In this document: in pieces, positions 17,451-28,021 of the stretch
How the letters are laid out: each line of letters begins with the position of its first letter
How positions within the stretch are numbered: position 1 is the stretch's first letter
Assembly (NCBI GenBank): GCA_963777655.1
Contig: CAVZQY010000003.1
Span: 149,667 to 213,666, forward strand
From: an uncultured Actinomycetota bacterium
Lineage (GTDB): Bacteria > Actinomycetota > Actinomycetes > Propionibacteriales > Nocardioidaceae
Length of the DNA: 64,000 nt
Reading direction: 5' to 3'
The notes under the pieces: generated by a model
Told to the model about the DNA's origin: nothing
Database searches by the model: none
Seen by the model: the letters and a program-made list of their open reading frames with translations, nothing else
Translations under genes and position numbers: made by a program

Positions 17451-18917
17451 TCAGTCGCCGGTGAGCTTCTGGCGAAGAGCCTGCAGCGCCTCGTCGGAGG
17501 CGAGCGAGCCGCCGTCGTCCTCCTCCTCGCCACCACCGGCGGCGGAGGAGTAGGACGTGGCCTCGCCGGCCTCGACCTCGGCCTGGGCGGCGTCCTTCTT
17601 CTGCTGCACGTGGGCCTCCCAGCGCTCGTGGGCCCGGGCGTACTCCTGCTCCCACTTCTCGCGCTGCTCGTCGAAGCCCTCGCGCCACTCGCCCGTCTCG
17701 GGGTCGAAGCCCTCGGGGTAGACGTAGTTGCCCTGCTCGTCGTACGTGGCGGTCATGCCGTAGAGCGTCGGGTCGAACTCGTCGACGTCGGTGGCCGTCA
17801 GCGTGTCGTTGGCCTGCTTCAGCGACAGCGAGATCCGGCGACGCTCGAGGTCGATGTCGATGATCTTGACCATCACGTCGTCGTTGACCTGCACGACCTG
17901 CTCGGGGATCTCCACGTGGCGCTCGGCCAGCTCGGAGATGTGCACCAGGCCCTCGATGCCCTCCTCGACGCGGACGAACGAGCCGAAGGGCACCAGCTTG
18001 GTGACCTTGCCCGGCACGATCTGGCCGATCTGGTGGGTGCGGGCGAAGTGCTGCCAGGGGTCCTCCTGCGTCGCCTTGAGCGACAGGGAGACCCGCTCGC
18101 GGTCCATGTCGACGTCGAGCACCTCGACGGTGACCTCGTCGCCGACCGCCACGACCTCGCTGGGGTGGTCGATGTGCTTCCAGGACAGCTCCGAGACGTG
18201 CACCAGGCCGTCGACCCCGCCGAGGTCGACGAAGGCGCCGAAGTTCACGATCGAGGAGACCGTGCCCTTGCGGATCTGGCCCTTCTGCAGCTGCGTGAGG
18301 AAGCTCTGGCGCACCTCGGACTGGGTCTGCTCCAGCCAGGCGCGGCGCGAGAGCACCACGTTGTTGCGGTTCTTGTCGAGCTCGATGATCTTCGCCTCGA
18401 GCGTCTGCCCGACGTAGGGCTGGAGGTCGCGCACGCGGCGCATCTCGACCAGCGACGCCGGCAGGAACCCGCGCAGGCCGATGTCGAGGATGAGGCCGCC
18501 CTTGACGACCTCGATGACGGTGCCCTCGACGACGCCGTCCTCCTCCTTGACCGTCTCGATCGTGCCCCAGGCGCGCTCGTACTGGGCGCGCTTCTTGGAC
18601 AGGATCAGGCGACCCTCCTTGTCCTCCTTCTGGAGGACCAGGGCCTCGACCGCGTCGCCCACCTCGACGACCTCGTTGGGGTCGACGTCGTGCTTGATGG
18701 ACAGCTCGCGGGAGGGGATGACGCCCTCGGTCTTGTAGCCGATGTCGAGGAGGACCTCGTCCCGGTCGACCTTCACGATGATGCCGTCGACGATGTCACC
18801 GTCGTTGAAGTACTTGATGGTCTCGTCGATCGCGGCGAGGAACTCTTCCTCCGACCCGATGTCGTTGACCGCGACCTGCGGTGCCTCGGTGTCCGGAAGA
18901 GTGGCGATGCTCGTCAT
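17451..18917 (-). CDS. rpsA: 30S ribosomal protein S1
   Basis: AVNDIGSEEEFLAAIDETIKYFNDGDIV and four S1 domains; ATG at 18917. Confidence 0.97.
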   Translation of the reverse strand: MTSIATLPDTEAPQVAVNDIGSEEEFLAAIDETIKYFNDGDIVDGIIVKVDRDEVLLDIGYKTEGVIPSRELSIKHDVDPNEVVEVGDAVEALVLQKEDKEGRLILSKKRAQYERAWGTIETVKEEDGVVEGTVIEVVKGGLILDIGLRGFLPASLVEMRRVRDLQPYVGQTLEAKIIELDKNRNNVVLSRRAWLEQTQSEVRQSFLTQLQKGQIRKGTVSSIVNFGAFVDLGGVDGLVHVSELSWKHIDHPSEVVAVGDEVTVEVLDVDMDRERVSLSLKATQEDPWQHFARTHQIGQIVPGKVTKLVPFGSFVRVEEGIEGLVHISELAERHVEIPEQVVQVNDDVMVKIIDIDLERRRISLSLKQANDTLTATDVDEFDPTLYGMTATYDEQGNYVYPEGFDPETGEWREGFDEQREKWEQEYARAHERWEAHVQQKKDAAQAEVEAGEATSYSSAAGGGEEEDDGGSLASDEALQALRQKLTGD

Positions 18918-19150
18918 GTGGAAAAGGGTTCCTTGGGGTGGATAGGGATCGGGGAACAGGATTCGTTCGGGCACGCCACAGGCACGGGTGCACCGTCGTG
19001 AGTGGGGCGCCTCGCACTCCACGACGCCGACAGTGAGCTCGTGTCCGCTCCGTACGGGATGCGGGCAGACCTCTGGCGCGTGCTCCAGCCTACCCGCGCG
19101 GGGAACCGCGGGTCCAACCGCGGGCACGGCACCCCCACTACGCTGCGCAC

Positions 19151-19987
19151 ATGGCGCTCGACCCGGACCTGCTCGGCCAGGGCACGGACCCCAGCCTCGC
19201 GGTGGGGCGCCACCCCGTCGACGAGGCGCAGTCGCGCCGGGCCAACGGCGCCGACTGGGACCGCTACGCCGACGAGTACCAGGCCAGCCACGGGGCGTTC
19301 CTCGGCGACGTCGGGTTCGTGTGGGGCCCCGAGGGACTCACCGAGGCCGACGCCGGCCTGCTCGGGCCGCTGGTCGGACGCGACGTGCTCGAGGTCGGCG
19401 CGGGCGCCGGCCAGTGCGCCCGCTGGGTGCGCGCGCAGGGCGGGCGGCCCGTCGCCCTCGACCTCTCCCACCGTCAGCTGCAGCACTCCCGGCGCATCGA
19501 CGACGACACCGGCGTCTGCGTGCCGGCCGTGCTCGGCACCGCGACCGCCCTGCCCTTCGCCGACGACAGCTTCGACGTCGTCTTCAGCGCGTTCGGCGCC
19601 CTGCAGTTCGTCGCCGACATCGCCGACGTCGTCGCGGAGACCGCGCGAGTGCTCCGCCCCGGCGGCCGCTTCGCCTTCTCGATCACGCACCCGACCCGGT
19701 GGGTCTTTCCCGACGACCCGACGGCCGACGGGCTGCTGGCCTCGCAGTCGTACTGGGACCGGACGCCGTACGTGGAGACGCACGCCGAGACCGGCGAGGT
19801 GCGCTACGTCGAGCACCACCGCACGCTCGGCGACTGGGTGCGGCTGCTGGCCGACCACGGCTTCGTCCTGCGCCGCCTCGAGGAGCCCGAGTGGCCCGAG
19901 CACCACGACCGCACCTGGGGCGGCTGGTCCCGCGTGCGCGGGCTGCTCACCCCGGGAACGGCGATCTTCGTGGCCGACCTGCCCTAG
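19151..19987 (+). CDS. Class I SAM-dependent methyltransferase (Methyltransf_11)
   Basis: VLEVGAGAGQCARW, LPFADDSFDVVFSAFGA, RVLRPGGRF; TACGCT -10 box. Confidence 0.9.
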   Translation: MALDPDLLGQGTDPSLAVGRHPVDEAQSRRANGADWDRYADEYQASHGAFLGDVGFVWGPEGLTEADAGLLGPLVGRDVLEVGAGAGQCARWVRAQGGRPVALDLSHRQLQHSRRIDDDTGVCVPAVLGTATALPFADDSFDVVFSAFGALQFVADIADVVAETARVLRPGGRFAFSITHPTRWVFPDDPTADGLLASQSYWDRTPYVETHAETGEVRYVEHHRTLGDWVRLLADHGFVLRRLEEPEWPEHHDRTWGGWSRVRGLLTPGTAIFVADLP

Positions 19988-21099
19988 CCGGGGAGCAGCA
20001 CCAGGTCGTCGCGGTGCACGACCTCGCGCTCGTAGCCGGCGCCGAGCTCGCGCTTCAGGTCGCCGGTGGAGCGACCCAGCAGCCGGGGCAGCTCGCCGGC
20101 GTCGAAGTTGACCAGCCCGCGGGCCACGGGGCGGCCCTCGGGGTCGACGAGGTCGACCGGGTCGCCGGCGACGAATCCACCGTCCACGGCGGTCATGCCG
20201 GCCGGCAGCAGCGAGGCGCGGCGCTCCACGACGGCGCGCACCGCGCCCGCGTCCAGGTGCAGCCGGCCGGCCGGCTCGGTGGCGTGCGCCAGCCAGAGCA
20301 GCCGCGTCGGCCGGCGGCGTCCGGTGGGGTGGAACAGGGTGCCGACCGGCTCGCCCCCGAGCGCGGCGGTCGCCTCCCCCGCCGCGGCGAGGACGACGGG
20401 GATGCCCGCGCCGGTGGCGATCCGGGCCGCCTCGAGCTTGGTGGCCATCCCGCCGGTGCCGACCCCGGCCGCGCCGGCGCCGCCGATCTCGACGCCCGCG
20501 AGGTCGCCCTCCCCGCGCACGTCCGTGAGCAGCGTCGCGGCCGGGTCGCGCGGGGGGCCGTCGTAGAGCCCGTCGACGTCGGAGAGCAGCACCAGGAGGT
20601 CGGCGTGCACGAGGTGGGCGACGAGCGCAGCGAGCCGGTCGTTGTCACCGAAGCGGATCTCCGTGGTGGCGACCGTGTCGTTCTCGTTGACCACGGGCAG
20701 CACGCCGAGCTCGAGCAGCGTCGCGAACGTCTGGTGCGCGTTGCGGTAGTGCGACCGGCGCGTGACGTCGTCCAGCGTCAGCAGCACCTGCCCGGCGATC
20801 AGCCCGTGCCGCGCGAGCTCCTCGGTGTAGCGGTGCACGAGCAGCCCCTGCCCCACGGACGCCGCCGCCTGCTGGGCCGCGAGGCCGCCGGGACGCCGCG
20901 GCATCCCCAGCGGCGCCAGGCCCGCCGCGATCGCGCCCGAGGAGACCAGCACCGCCTCGGCGCCGCGGGCGCGAACGCCGGCCAGCACGTCGGCGAGCCC
21001 CGCCACCCGGTCGGGGTCGATGCCGCCGCCCGGGGTGGTCAACGACGAGGAGCCGACCTTGACGACCACGCGGCGGGCGCCGGTGACGGCGTCCCTCAC
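19984..21099 (-). CDS. proB: Glutamate 5-kinase
   Basis: [44 protein letters not shown] domain; GTG start overlaps the obgE stop. Confidence 0.95.
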   Translation of the reverse strand: MRDAVTGARRVVVKVGSSSLTTPGGGIDPDRVAGLADVLAGVRARGAEAVLVSSGAIAAGLAPLGMPRRPGGLAAQQAAASVGQGLLVHRYTEELARHGLIAGQVLLTLDDVTRRSHYRNAHQTFATLLELGVLPVVNENDTVATTEIRFGDNDRLAALVAHLVHADLLVLLSDVDGLYDGPPRDPAATLLTDVRGEGDLAGVEIGGAGAAGVGTGGMATKLEAARIATGAGIPVVLAAAGEATAALGGEPVGTLFHPTGRRRPTRLLWLAHATEPAGRLHLDAGAVRAVVERRASLLPAGMTAVDGGFVAGDPVDLVDPEGRPVARGLVNFDAGELPRLLGRSTGDLKRELGAGYEREVVHRDDLVLLPG

Positions 21100-22697
21100 G
21101 ACTCGTCCCCGCGCTCGGGGCCGGGGTCGGGCAGGGCGTCCTCGTCGGCGCCGGCGTCCGGGTCGTCGTCCCCGCCGATCTCGTAGGCCATCGGCCCCGC
21201 GCCCGAGCCGCCGTGCACGCCGGTCGTCTCGCCGAGGGTCAGGCCGAGGCGGCGGGCCACGTCGGCGCGGGTCTCGCCCGGCGCCCGGTCCTCCATCGCC
21301 TCGTCGATCCGGCGGCGCCGCCGCGCGGCGGGGCGCTCCTCGTCGAAGCGCTGGTCCTCGCCCCGGCGGCTCAGCAGCTCGGCGCCCGTCTCGACGGAGG
21401 GTCGGAAGTCGAAGACCACCGCGTCGTGGTCGGGACCGATGATCACGGCGTCGCCCTCGAGCGCGCCGAGCTCGACCAGCCGCTCCTCCACGCCGAGGCG
21501 AGCGAGCCGGTCGGCCAGGTAGCCCACGGCCTCCTCGTTGTCGAAGTCCGTCTGCCGCACCCAGCGCTCCGGCTTGTCGCCGCGCACACGCCACCCCTTC
21601 CCGTCCAGGGAGACCTCGTAGTCGCCGGCCCCGCCGACGCCCGCCGGCCGCAGCACGATCCGCTGCCGCTCGACGGCCGGGGCGGCCGCGCGCGCGTCCT
21701 CGACGATCGCGGCCATCGCGAACGTGAGCGCCTTCAGGCCCTCGCCCGAGGCCGCCGAGATCTCGAAGACGCGCAGGCCCCGGCCGCGCAGCTCCTCGAC
21801 CACGAACGACGCGATGTCGCGGCCGTCGGGGGTGTCCACCTTGTTGAGCGCGACCAGCCGCGGCCGGTCCTCGAGCCCCCCGTGCCGGGCCAGCTCGCGC
21901 TCGATGACGTCGAGGTCGGCCACCGGCTCGCGGTCGGGCTCCAGCGTGGCGCAGTCGACGACGTGCACCAGGGCCGCGCAGCGCTCCACGTGGCGCAGGA
22001 ACTCGTGCCCCAGGCCGCGGCCGTCGCTGGCGCCCTCGATGAGTCCGGGCACGTCGGCAACGGTGAAGACGGTCTCGCCGGCCGTGACGACCCCGAGGTT
22101 GGGCACCAGCGTGGTGAAGGGGTAGGCGGCGACCTCGGGGCGGGCGCGGGAGATCGCGGCGATCAGCGAGGACTTGCCCGCGCTCGGGAAGCCGACCAGC
22201 CCCACGTCCGCGACGATCTTGAGCTCGAGGACGACCTGGCGCTCCTCGCCGGGCTCGCCGAGCAGGGCGAACCCGGGGGCCTTCCGTCGCTTGGACGCCA
22301 GGGCGGCGTTGCCCAGGCCGCCGCGGCCGCCCTCGCAGACGACCATCTCGGTGCCGGCGCCCACGAGGTCGGCCAGCACCTCGCCGCCGGCGGCGTCCCG
22401 CACCACCGTGCCGTCCGGCACGGGCAGCACCAGGTCGGCGCCGTGCCCGCCGCTGCGGTGGCCGCCCATCCCCTGGCCGCCGTTCTCGGCGCGGCGGGCC
22501 TTGGAGTGGTGGTAGTCCAGCAGCGTCGTGACGTCGGGGTCGACGCGCAGCACGACCGAGCCGCCGGGGCCGCCGTTGCCGCCGTCCGGGCCACCGAGCG
22601 GCTTGAACTTCTCGCGGTGCACCGAGGCGACGCCGTTGCCCCCGTTGCCGGCGCTGACGCGCAGCGTCACCCGGTCCACGAAGCTCGGCAGGGCCAT
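21096..22697 (-). CDS. obgE: GTPase ObgE/CgtA
   Basis: [44 protein letters not shown]. Confidence 0.97.
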   Translation of the reverse strand: MALPSFVDRVTLRVSAGNGGNGVASVHREKFKPLGGPDGGNGGPGGSVVLRVDPDVTTLLDYHHSKARRAENGGQGMGGHRSGGHGADLVLPVPDGTVVRDAAGGEVLADLVGAGTEMVVCEGGRGGLGNAALASKRRKAPGFALLGEPGEERQVVLELKIVADVGLVGFPSAGKSSLIAAISRARPEVAAYPFTTLVPNLGVVTAGETVFTVADVPGLIEGASDGRGLGHEFLRHVERCAALVHVVDCATLEPDREPVADLDVIERELARHGGLEDRPRLVALNKVDTPDGRDIASFVVEELRGRGLRVFEISAASGEGLKALTFAMAAIVEDARAAAPAVERQRIVLRPAGVGGAGDYEVSLDGKGWRVRGDKPERWVRQTDFDNEEAVGYLADRLARLGVEERLVELGALEGDAVIIGPDHDAVVFDFRPSVETGAELLSRRGEDQRFDEERPAARRRRRIDEAMEDRAPGETRADVARRLGLTLGETTGVHGGSGAGPMAYEIGGDDDPDAGADEDALPDPGPERGDES

Positions 22698-22745
22698 GCG
22701 GTCTCCTCGGGTGGGACTCGGGACGGGGTCGGGCTTGAAATCAGA

Positions 22746-22779
22746 CGAAGGGCGTCCCCGCTGTCAGGGACGCCCTTCG
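22746..22779 (-). terminator. Intrinsic terminator-like hairpin after rpmA
   Basis: Perfect 13-bp stem CGAAGGGCGTCCC/GGGACGCCCTTCG followed by TCTGATTT on the minus strand. Confidence 0.75.
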
Positions 22780-22803
22780 GACCTGCGGTCGGTGAGCGTC
22801 AGC

Positions 22804-23058
22804 TCACTCCGCGGGGACGATGTTGACCACGCGCCGGCCGCGGCTCCTGCCGAACTCCACGGCACCGGCCGACAGCGCGAAGAGCGTGTCGTCGCCGCCG
22901 CGGCCCACGTGGGCGCCGGGGTGGAAGTGCGTGCCGCGCTGGCGGACGATGATCTCGCCGGCGTTGACCACCTGGCCGCCGAAGCGCTTCACGCCGAGGC
23001 GCGACGCATTCGAGTCGCGACCGTTCTTGGTCGAGGCGGCGCCCTTCTTGTGTGCCAT
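22804..23058 (-). CDS. rpmA: 50S ribosomal protein L27
   Basis: [28 protein letters not shown]. Confidence 0.97.
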   Translation of the reverse strand: MAHKKGAASTKNGRDSNASRLGVKRFGGQVVNAGEIIVRQRGTHFHPGAHVGRGGDDTLFALSAGAVEFGRSRGRRVVNIVPAE

Positions 23059-23107
23059 GAGTGCAGTCCTTCGTCGCTCGGTTCGGGGTGAGGGGGGCTG
23101 GCCCGCC

Positions 23108-23410
23108 TCAGGCGGAGATGTCGGTGACCTTGACCCGCGTGTAGCGCTGGCGGTGACCCAGGCGCCGCTTGTAGCCGGTCTTGTTCTTGAACTTCTGGAT
23201 GCGGATCTTGGGACCCTTGGACCCGCCGAGCACCTCGGCGGTCACGGAGGCCTTGTCCAGCGCGTCGGAACGCACCGTCTCGCCGTCGACGACGAGCACG
23301 ACCGGCAGCTGGACCGACTCCCCGGCCTGGGTGGCCACCTGGTCGATCTCGATGACGTCGCCCACGGCAACCTTCTGCTGCTTGGCGCCTGCGCGCACGA
23401 TCGCGTACAC
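23108..23410 (-). CDS. rplU: 50S ribosomal protein L21
   Basis: (M)[13 protein letters not shown]...[20 protein letters not shown] at 23410 with AAGGAG RBS. Confidence 0.95.
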   Translation of the reverse strand: MYAIVRAGAKQQKVAVGDVIEIDQVATQAGESVQLPVVLVVDGETVRSDALDKASVTAEVLGGSKGPKIRIQKFKNKTGYKRRLGHRQRYTRVKVTDISA

Positions 23411-23605
23411 CGCGGTCTCCTTCGTCGGCTTGGGTGAACGGCCGGTCTCACGGCCTGGTTGAACGATGCTGGTCTCGAGCGCCGGCCGGCAGCGCTCAGC
23501 CGATCGGGGGCGGCGCAGGAGCGCGACGCTCAGAGGGGCATGCCGGGGCACACCGAGGCTCCATCGTACGGATCCCCCCGATCCCGCGCAAAACGCCCGG
23601 TCGGG

Positions 23606-26600
23606 TCACTCCTCCGGGGCTTCCGTGCCGGGGTCCGTCTGCCCGTCGCCCGGCGCCGCGGCCCGGCGTCCGGCACCGCCCCGCGTCCGCGTGCGGGTGA
23701 CGACCCGCGGGGGCGCCGGGGGGTCCCCGGCCTCGCCGGCGTCGGCCTCGGGGGCGGTCGCCGGCTGCTCGCTCGGGTCCACCGTGATCGCCACCGGTGC
23801 GGAGGAGATGCCCGTGGGGCGGCTCGCCCGGCGCCGGGTGCGGGTGACGACGCGGGGGCCGTCGGCCTCGGGCTCCGGCGTGGCCTCGGGCTCCGGCGTG
23901 GCCTCGGCCTCCGGCGTGGCCCCAGGCTCCGTCGTGGGGGTCTCCGGCGTGGGGGTGGAGTCCCGCTCGGGCTCCGGCGTGGCCTCGGCCTCCGGCGTGG
24001 CCGGGCTCCGGCCTCCGGCGTGGCCCCGGGCTCCGGCGTGGCCCCGGCCCGGCTCCGGCTCTCGGTGGTCCTCGCCGTGCTCCTCCGCGGCGTCGGCCCT
24101 GGCCATCGCGGCGAACTCCGCCGGGCTGGGCCGGTGCCGTCCGCCGTTGTCGACGGCGTCGTCCGATCCCTTCTGGTCGCCCGAGGACCCGGCGCCCTGG
24201 CCGCCCTGGCCGGACCCCTTGCCCCGGCCCTGCTTGGAGCCGCCCTTCGACCTCGAGCCGCCCTGGCCGTCGTTCGAGCCGTCGCCCTTGGAGCCGCCCT
24301 TGGTGCTGCCCCGGGAGTCGTCGTCGCCGTCGCTGCCGCCGCGGCCTCCGCGACGCCGCCCCTTGCGGCTCTCGCCGCCCCCGCTACCGGGCTCGACGGG
24401 CATGTCGTGGGTGTGCAGCCCACGGCCGTCACAGTGCGTGCAGGTCTCGCTGAAGGCCTCCAGCAGCCCGGTGCCGATGCGCTTGCGCGTCATCTGCACG
24501 AGCCCCAGGGAGGTCACCTCGGCAACCTGGTGCCGGGTGCGGTCGCGGCCGAGGCACTCGACGAGCCGACGCAGGACGAGGTCGCGGTTGGACTCCAGCA
24601 CCATGTCGATGAAGTCCACGACGATGATGCCGCCGATGTCGCGCAGCCGGAGCTGGCGGACGATCTCCTCCGCGGCCTCGAGGTTGTTGCGGGTCACCGT
24701 CTCCTCGAGGTTGCCGCCCGACCCCGTGAACTTGCCCGTGTTGACGTCCACGACCGTCATCGCCTCGGTGCGGTCGATGACCAGCGAGCCGCCGGAGGGC
24801 AGCCAGACCTTGCGATCGAGCCCCTTGGCGATCTGCTCGTCGATCCGGTACGCCGCGAAGACGTCGGGACCGTCGTCCTCGCGCTCGAACTTGCGCAGCC
24901 GGCCCTCGAGGTCCGGCGCGACGTGCGAGACGTAGTCGTGCACGGTCGACCAAGCGTTGTCACCCTCCACGACGAGCTCGCCGAAGTCCTCGGTGAAGAG
25001 GTCCCGGACGACCTTGACCGTGAGGTCGGGCTCGCCGTACAGCAGCTTGGGGGCGCTGCCCTTGCGCTTGGCCTCGATGTCGTCCCAGCGTGCCTTGAGC
25101 CGCTCGACGTCGCGCGTCAGCTCCTCCTCGCTGGCGCCCTCGGCCGCGGTCCGGACGATCACGCCGGCCGTGTCGGGGACGATCTCCTTGAGCACCGACT
25201 TCAGGCGGCTGCGCTCGGTGTCGGGCAGCTTGCGCGAGATCCCCGAGTTGGTGCCGTCGGGCACGTAGACCAGGAAGCGGCCCGCGATCGAGATCTGGCT
25301 GGTCAGCCGGGAGCCCTTGTTGCCGACCGGGTCCTTGGTGACCTGCACGAGCACCGACTGGCCCGAGGAGAGCACCGACTCGATCTTGCGCGGCTGGCCC
25401 TCCTTGTGACCCAGCGCGGGCCAGTTCACCTCACCCGCGTAGAGCACCGCGTTGCGGCCCTTGCCGATGTCGATGAACGCCGCCTCCATCGAGGGCAGCA
25501 CGTTCTGGACGCGGCCGAGGTAGATGTTGCCGATCAGCGACGTCTGCGACTCGCGGGAGACGTAGTGCTCCACGAGCACCTTGTCCTCGAGGACCGCGAT
25601 CTGGGTCAGGTCGTCGCGCTGCCGGATCACCATCGACCGGTCGACCGACTCGCGCCGGGCGAGGAACTCGGCCTCGCTCACGATCGGGGCGCGGCGCCGG
25701 CCGGCCTCGCGACCCTCGCGCCGTCGCTGCTTCTTGGCCTCCAGGCGCGTGGAGCCGGAGAGCGCGGTGATCTCGTCCTCGGGCGCGCGTGGCTTGCGCA
25801 CCTTGGTGACGGTGTTGTCGGGGTCACCGCCGTTGCCGCCGTTGCCCCCGTTGCCCCCGTTGCCCCCGTTGCCGGAGTCGTCACCCGTCCTGCGGCGCCG
25901 ACGGCGTCGTCGCGACGAGCCGCCGCCCTCGCCGTCGCCGTCCTCGTCGTCCTTGCCCGACTCCTTGCCCGAGTCCTTGCCCGAGTCCTTGCCCGAGTCC
26001 TTGCCCGAGTCCTTGCCCGAGTCCTTGCCCGAGTCCTTGCCCGACTCCTGGCCGGGCTCCTGCTCCGCGTCGTCGTCGCCGGGGCCGTCCTGGTTGCCGT
26101 TGCCGCCGGACCCGCCGCCGCCACCGCGGCGACGACGCCGGCCCCCGCGACGCCGCCGTCGACGCGCGCCGCCGGAGCCGGACCCGTCGTCCGAGTCGGC
26201 CCGTCGTCCGAGTCGGCCTCGTCGTCGTCGCCCGTCTTGTCGGAGCTGCTGCTGTCGGACGCGCTGTCGGACGCGCTGCCGGCCGAGCCGTCCGCGGAGT
26301 CCTCGGCTGAGTCCTCGGCGGAGCTGTCGGTCTGCTCCTGCTCGTCCTCGTCCTCGTCGTCCTGCCGCGACGACGCCGCCGGCACGGTGGACCGGCTGGC
26401 GTCGGGAGCCTGGAAGAGGGGCGCGGCGGCACCAGCACCGGGCGCCCCGCCCGCGGCCGCGGCCGCCTGCTCCGGGGTGAGGTCCGGCTGCGCCGGGGCG
26501 CTCTCGCCGGCCGCCGACTTCTTCGCCGCCGTCTTCCTGGCCGTCGACTTCTTCGCCGTCGGTCTTCTTGGCCGCGGTCTTCTTGGCCGGCTTCGCCGCG

Positions 26601-26944
26601 CCCGGGTCGTCGCCCGAGTCGTCGCCCGGGTCGTGCCCGGCGGCGTCCGCCTGGTCGGCCGGGGCGTCGTCCGCGGCGGTGTCGGCGTCCCCGCGCGCGG
26701 AGCCCGCCTTGGCGGCCGAGGTCTTCTTCGCGGCGGTCTTCTTGGCGGTCGACTTCTTCGCGGCCTTCTTGGCGGGCTTCCGGGCCGGCGCGGCCGGCGC
26801 CTCGCCCTGGGTGTCGGGCGCCGGGTCGGGCGCCGGGTCGGGCGCCGGGTCGGGCGCCGGGTCGGGCGCCGGGTCGGGCGCCGGGTCGGGCGCGGTCTCG
26901 GCGCCGGTGGTGGTCTCGTCGGACGGGTCGTCGCTGTCGAGCAC
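23606..26944 (-). CDS. rne: Ribonuclease E/G (actinobacterial RNase E) with disordered termini; contains apparent compensating frameshifts
   Basis: GSTRLEAKKQRRREGR, GNIYLGRVQNVLPSMEAAFIDIG, VDVNTGKF, DIGGIIVVDFIDM, CTHCDG; GGAGAG RBS. Confidence 0.92.
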   Translation of the reverse strand: MLDSDDPSDETTTGAETAPDPAPDPAPDPAPDPAPDPAPDPAPDTQGEAPAAPARKPAKKAAKKSTAKKTAAKKTSAAKAGSARGDADTAADDAPADQADAAGHDPGDDSGDDPGAAKPAKKTAAKKTDGEEVDGQEDGGEEVGGRRERPGAAGPHPGAGGRGRGRGARCWCRRAPLPGSRRQPVHRAGGVVAAGRRGRGRAGADRQLRRGLSRGLRGRLGRQRVRQRVRQQQLRQDGRRRRGRLGRRADSDDGSGSGGARRRRRRGGRRRRRGGGGGSGGNGNQDGPGDDDAEQEPGQESGKDSGKDSGKDSGKDSGKDSGKDSGKESGKDDEDGDGEGGGSSRRRRRRRRTGDDSGNGGNGGNGGNGGNGGDPDNTVTKVRKPRAPEDEITALSGSTRLEAKKQRRREGREAGRRRAPIVSEAEFLARRESVDRSMVIRQRDDLTQIAVLEDKVLVEHYVSRESQTSLIGNIYLGRVQNVLPSMEAAFIDIGKGRNAVLYAGEVNWPALGHKEGQPRKIESVLSSGQSVLVQVTKDPVGNKGSRLTSQISIAGRFLVYVPDGTNSGISRKLPDTERSRLKSVLKEIVPDTAGVIVRTAAEGASEEELTRDVERLKARWDDIEAKRKGSAPKLLYGEPDLTVKVVRDLFTEDFGELVVEGDNAWSTVHDYVSHVAPDLEGRLRKFEREDDGPDVFAAYRIDEQIAKGLDRKVWLPSGGSLVIDRTEAMTVVDVNTGKFTGSGGNLEETVTRNNLEAAEEIVRQLRLRDIGGIIVVDFIDMVLESNRDLVLRRLVECLGRDRTRHQVAEVTSLGLVQMTRKRIGTGLLEAFSETCTHCDGRGLHTHDMPVEPGSGGGESRKGRRRGGRGGSDGDDDSRGSTKGGSKGDGSNDGQGGSRSKGGSKQGRGKGSGQGGQGAGSSGDQKGSDDAVDNGGRHRPSPAEFAAMARADAAEEHGEDHREPEPGRGHAGARGHAGGRSPATPEAEATPEPERDSTPTPETPTTEPGATPEAEATPEPEATPEPEADGPRVVTRTRRRASRPTGISSAPVAITVDPSEQPATAPEADAGEAGDPPAPPRVVTRTRTRGGAGRRAAAPGDGQTDPGTEAPEE
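25950..26046 (-). repeat. Intragenic 12-bp tandem repeat (about 8 copies) encoding GKDS/GKES in RNase E
   Basis: TCCTTGCCCGAG repeated on the plus strand; boundaries approximate. Confidence 0.85.
26813..26892 (-). repeat. Intragenic 12-bp tandem repeat (about 6 copies) encoding APDP in the RNase E N-terminus
   Basis: GTCGGGCGCCGG repeated; boundaries approximate. Confidence 0.85.
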
Positions 26945-27284
26945 GATGCTCTCCTAGCCCGCGCGGGGGGCGGGCGGTCACGCCGCGCGTCGTCCGGGAC
27001 AACGCCGCGGCCTCAAGCCTGCGGGTGCGGACGACGCCCTCCGCTGGGGCGCGTCGCCGGTCGGCTGCCGCCACCTGCCGCGGTCAGCGTCCGGGTCGGG
27101 ATCCGGTTCCGGGTCCCCGCATCGTCGCTGTCACCGACGGTGCTCGTTCGCGTCGCGGTCTGGTGACGACGTCCCACCAGTGTGCCGGCCCATGGGGACC
27201 GGCGAGAACGTCGTCGGGCCGTTCGACAACCGGAGCTGCCTCCCGGCCTGCCGCGAGTATCGCACACCACACGGGCGCGGGCCG

Positions 27285-28012
27285 TCATCCCGGGCCGAAG
27301 GGGTCCCCGATGTCGCCGGTCCGCCCGTCGAGCGGTCCCTGCGCCAGCCGGGTCAGCACGGGCACCCCCGCGGGGGCGAGCCCCGAGACCTGCCGCAGCC
27401 CCGTCAGCACGTCGTCCGGGCGCACCGCCGGCTCCTGGTGCCGCAGCACGAGCTCGAGCCGCGCGGCGCCGGGCGCCGTGTCGGCGGTCTCCACGCGCAG
27501 CGAGACGACCGCGGCGCGGCAGTCGAAGGTGCGCACGCCCTTCTTCGTCATCCGCTCCACCTCGACGGCGTCGGCGGCGAGCAGCGTGGCCACCGCCTCC
27601 TCCAGCGCGCCCGCCTCGACGCCGAGGTCGACGCGCCACCGGCTCGCCTCGAGCCGGTCGGCCAGCGACCCACCCGGCGAGACGATCGCCCGCAGCGGGT
27701 CGATGCCCTCGGGCATCGAGGCTGCCAGCTCGGCGAGCACGGCCTCGGGGTCCCTGTGCTCGGCCAGCCCGATCTCGAGGTACTCGGCCTCGCTGGCCGC
27801 GCCGGTCGGGGACGCGCCCGCGTACGAGATCCGTGGGTGGGGGTTGAAGCCCGAGGAGTACGCCATCGGCACCCGGGCGCGCACGAGCGCGCGCTCGACG
27901 GCGCGGCTCACGTCGCGGTGGCTGGTGAACCGCAGGCGGCCGCGTTTGGCGTAGCGGATCCGGATCCGCTGCACGGGCGGGGCCTGCTGCTCGGGTTGGC
28001 GCTGGGGGACAC
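27285..28012 (-). CDS. TIGR03936 family radical SAM-associated protein (DUF2344)
   Basis: VQRIRIRYAKRGRLRFTSHRD, YSSGFNPHPRISY, GAASEAEYLEI; likely GTG start at 28012 is one base out of frame at a G5 run (in-frame alternative GTG 27974). Confidence 0.85.
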
Positions 28013-28021
28013 CGCAGCAGG

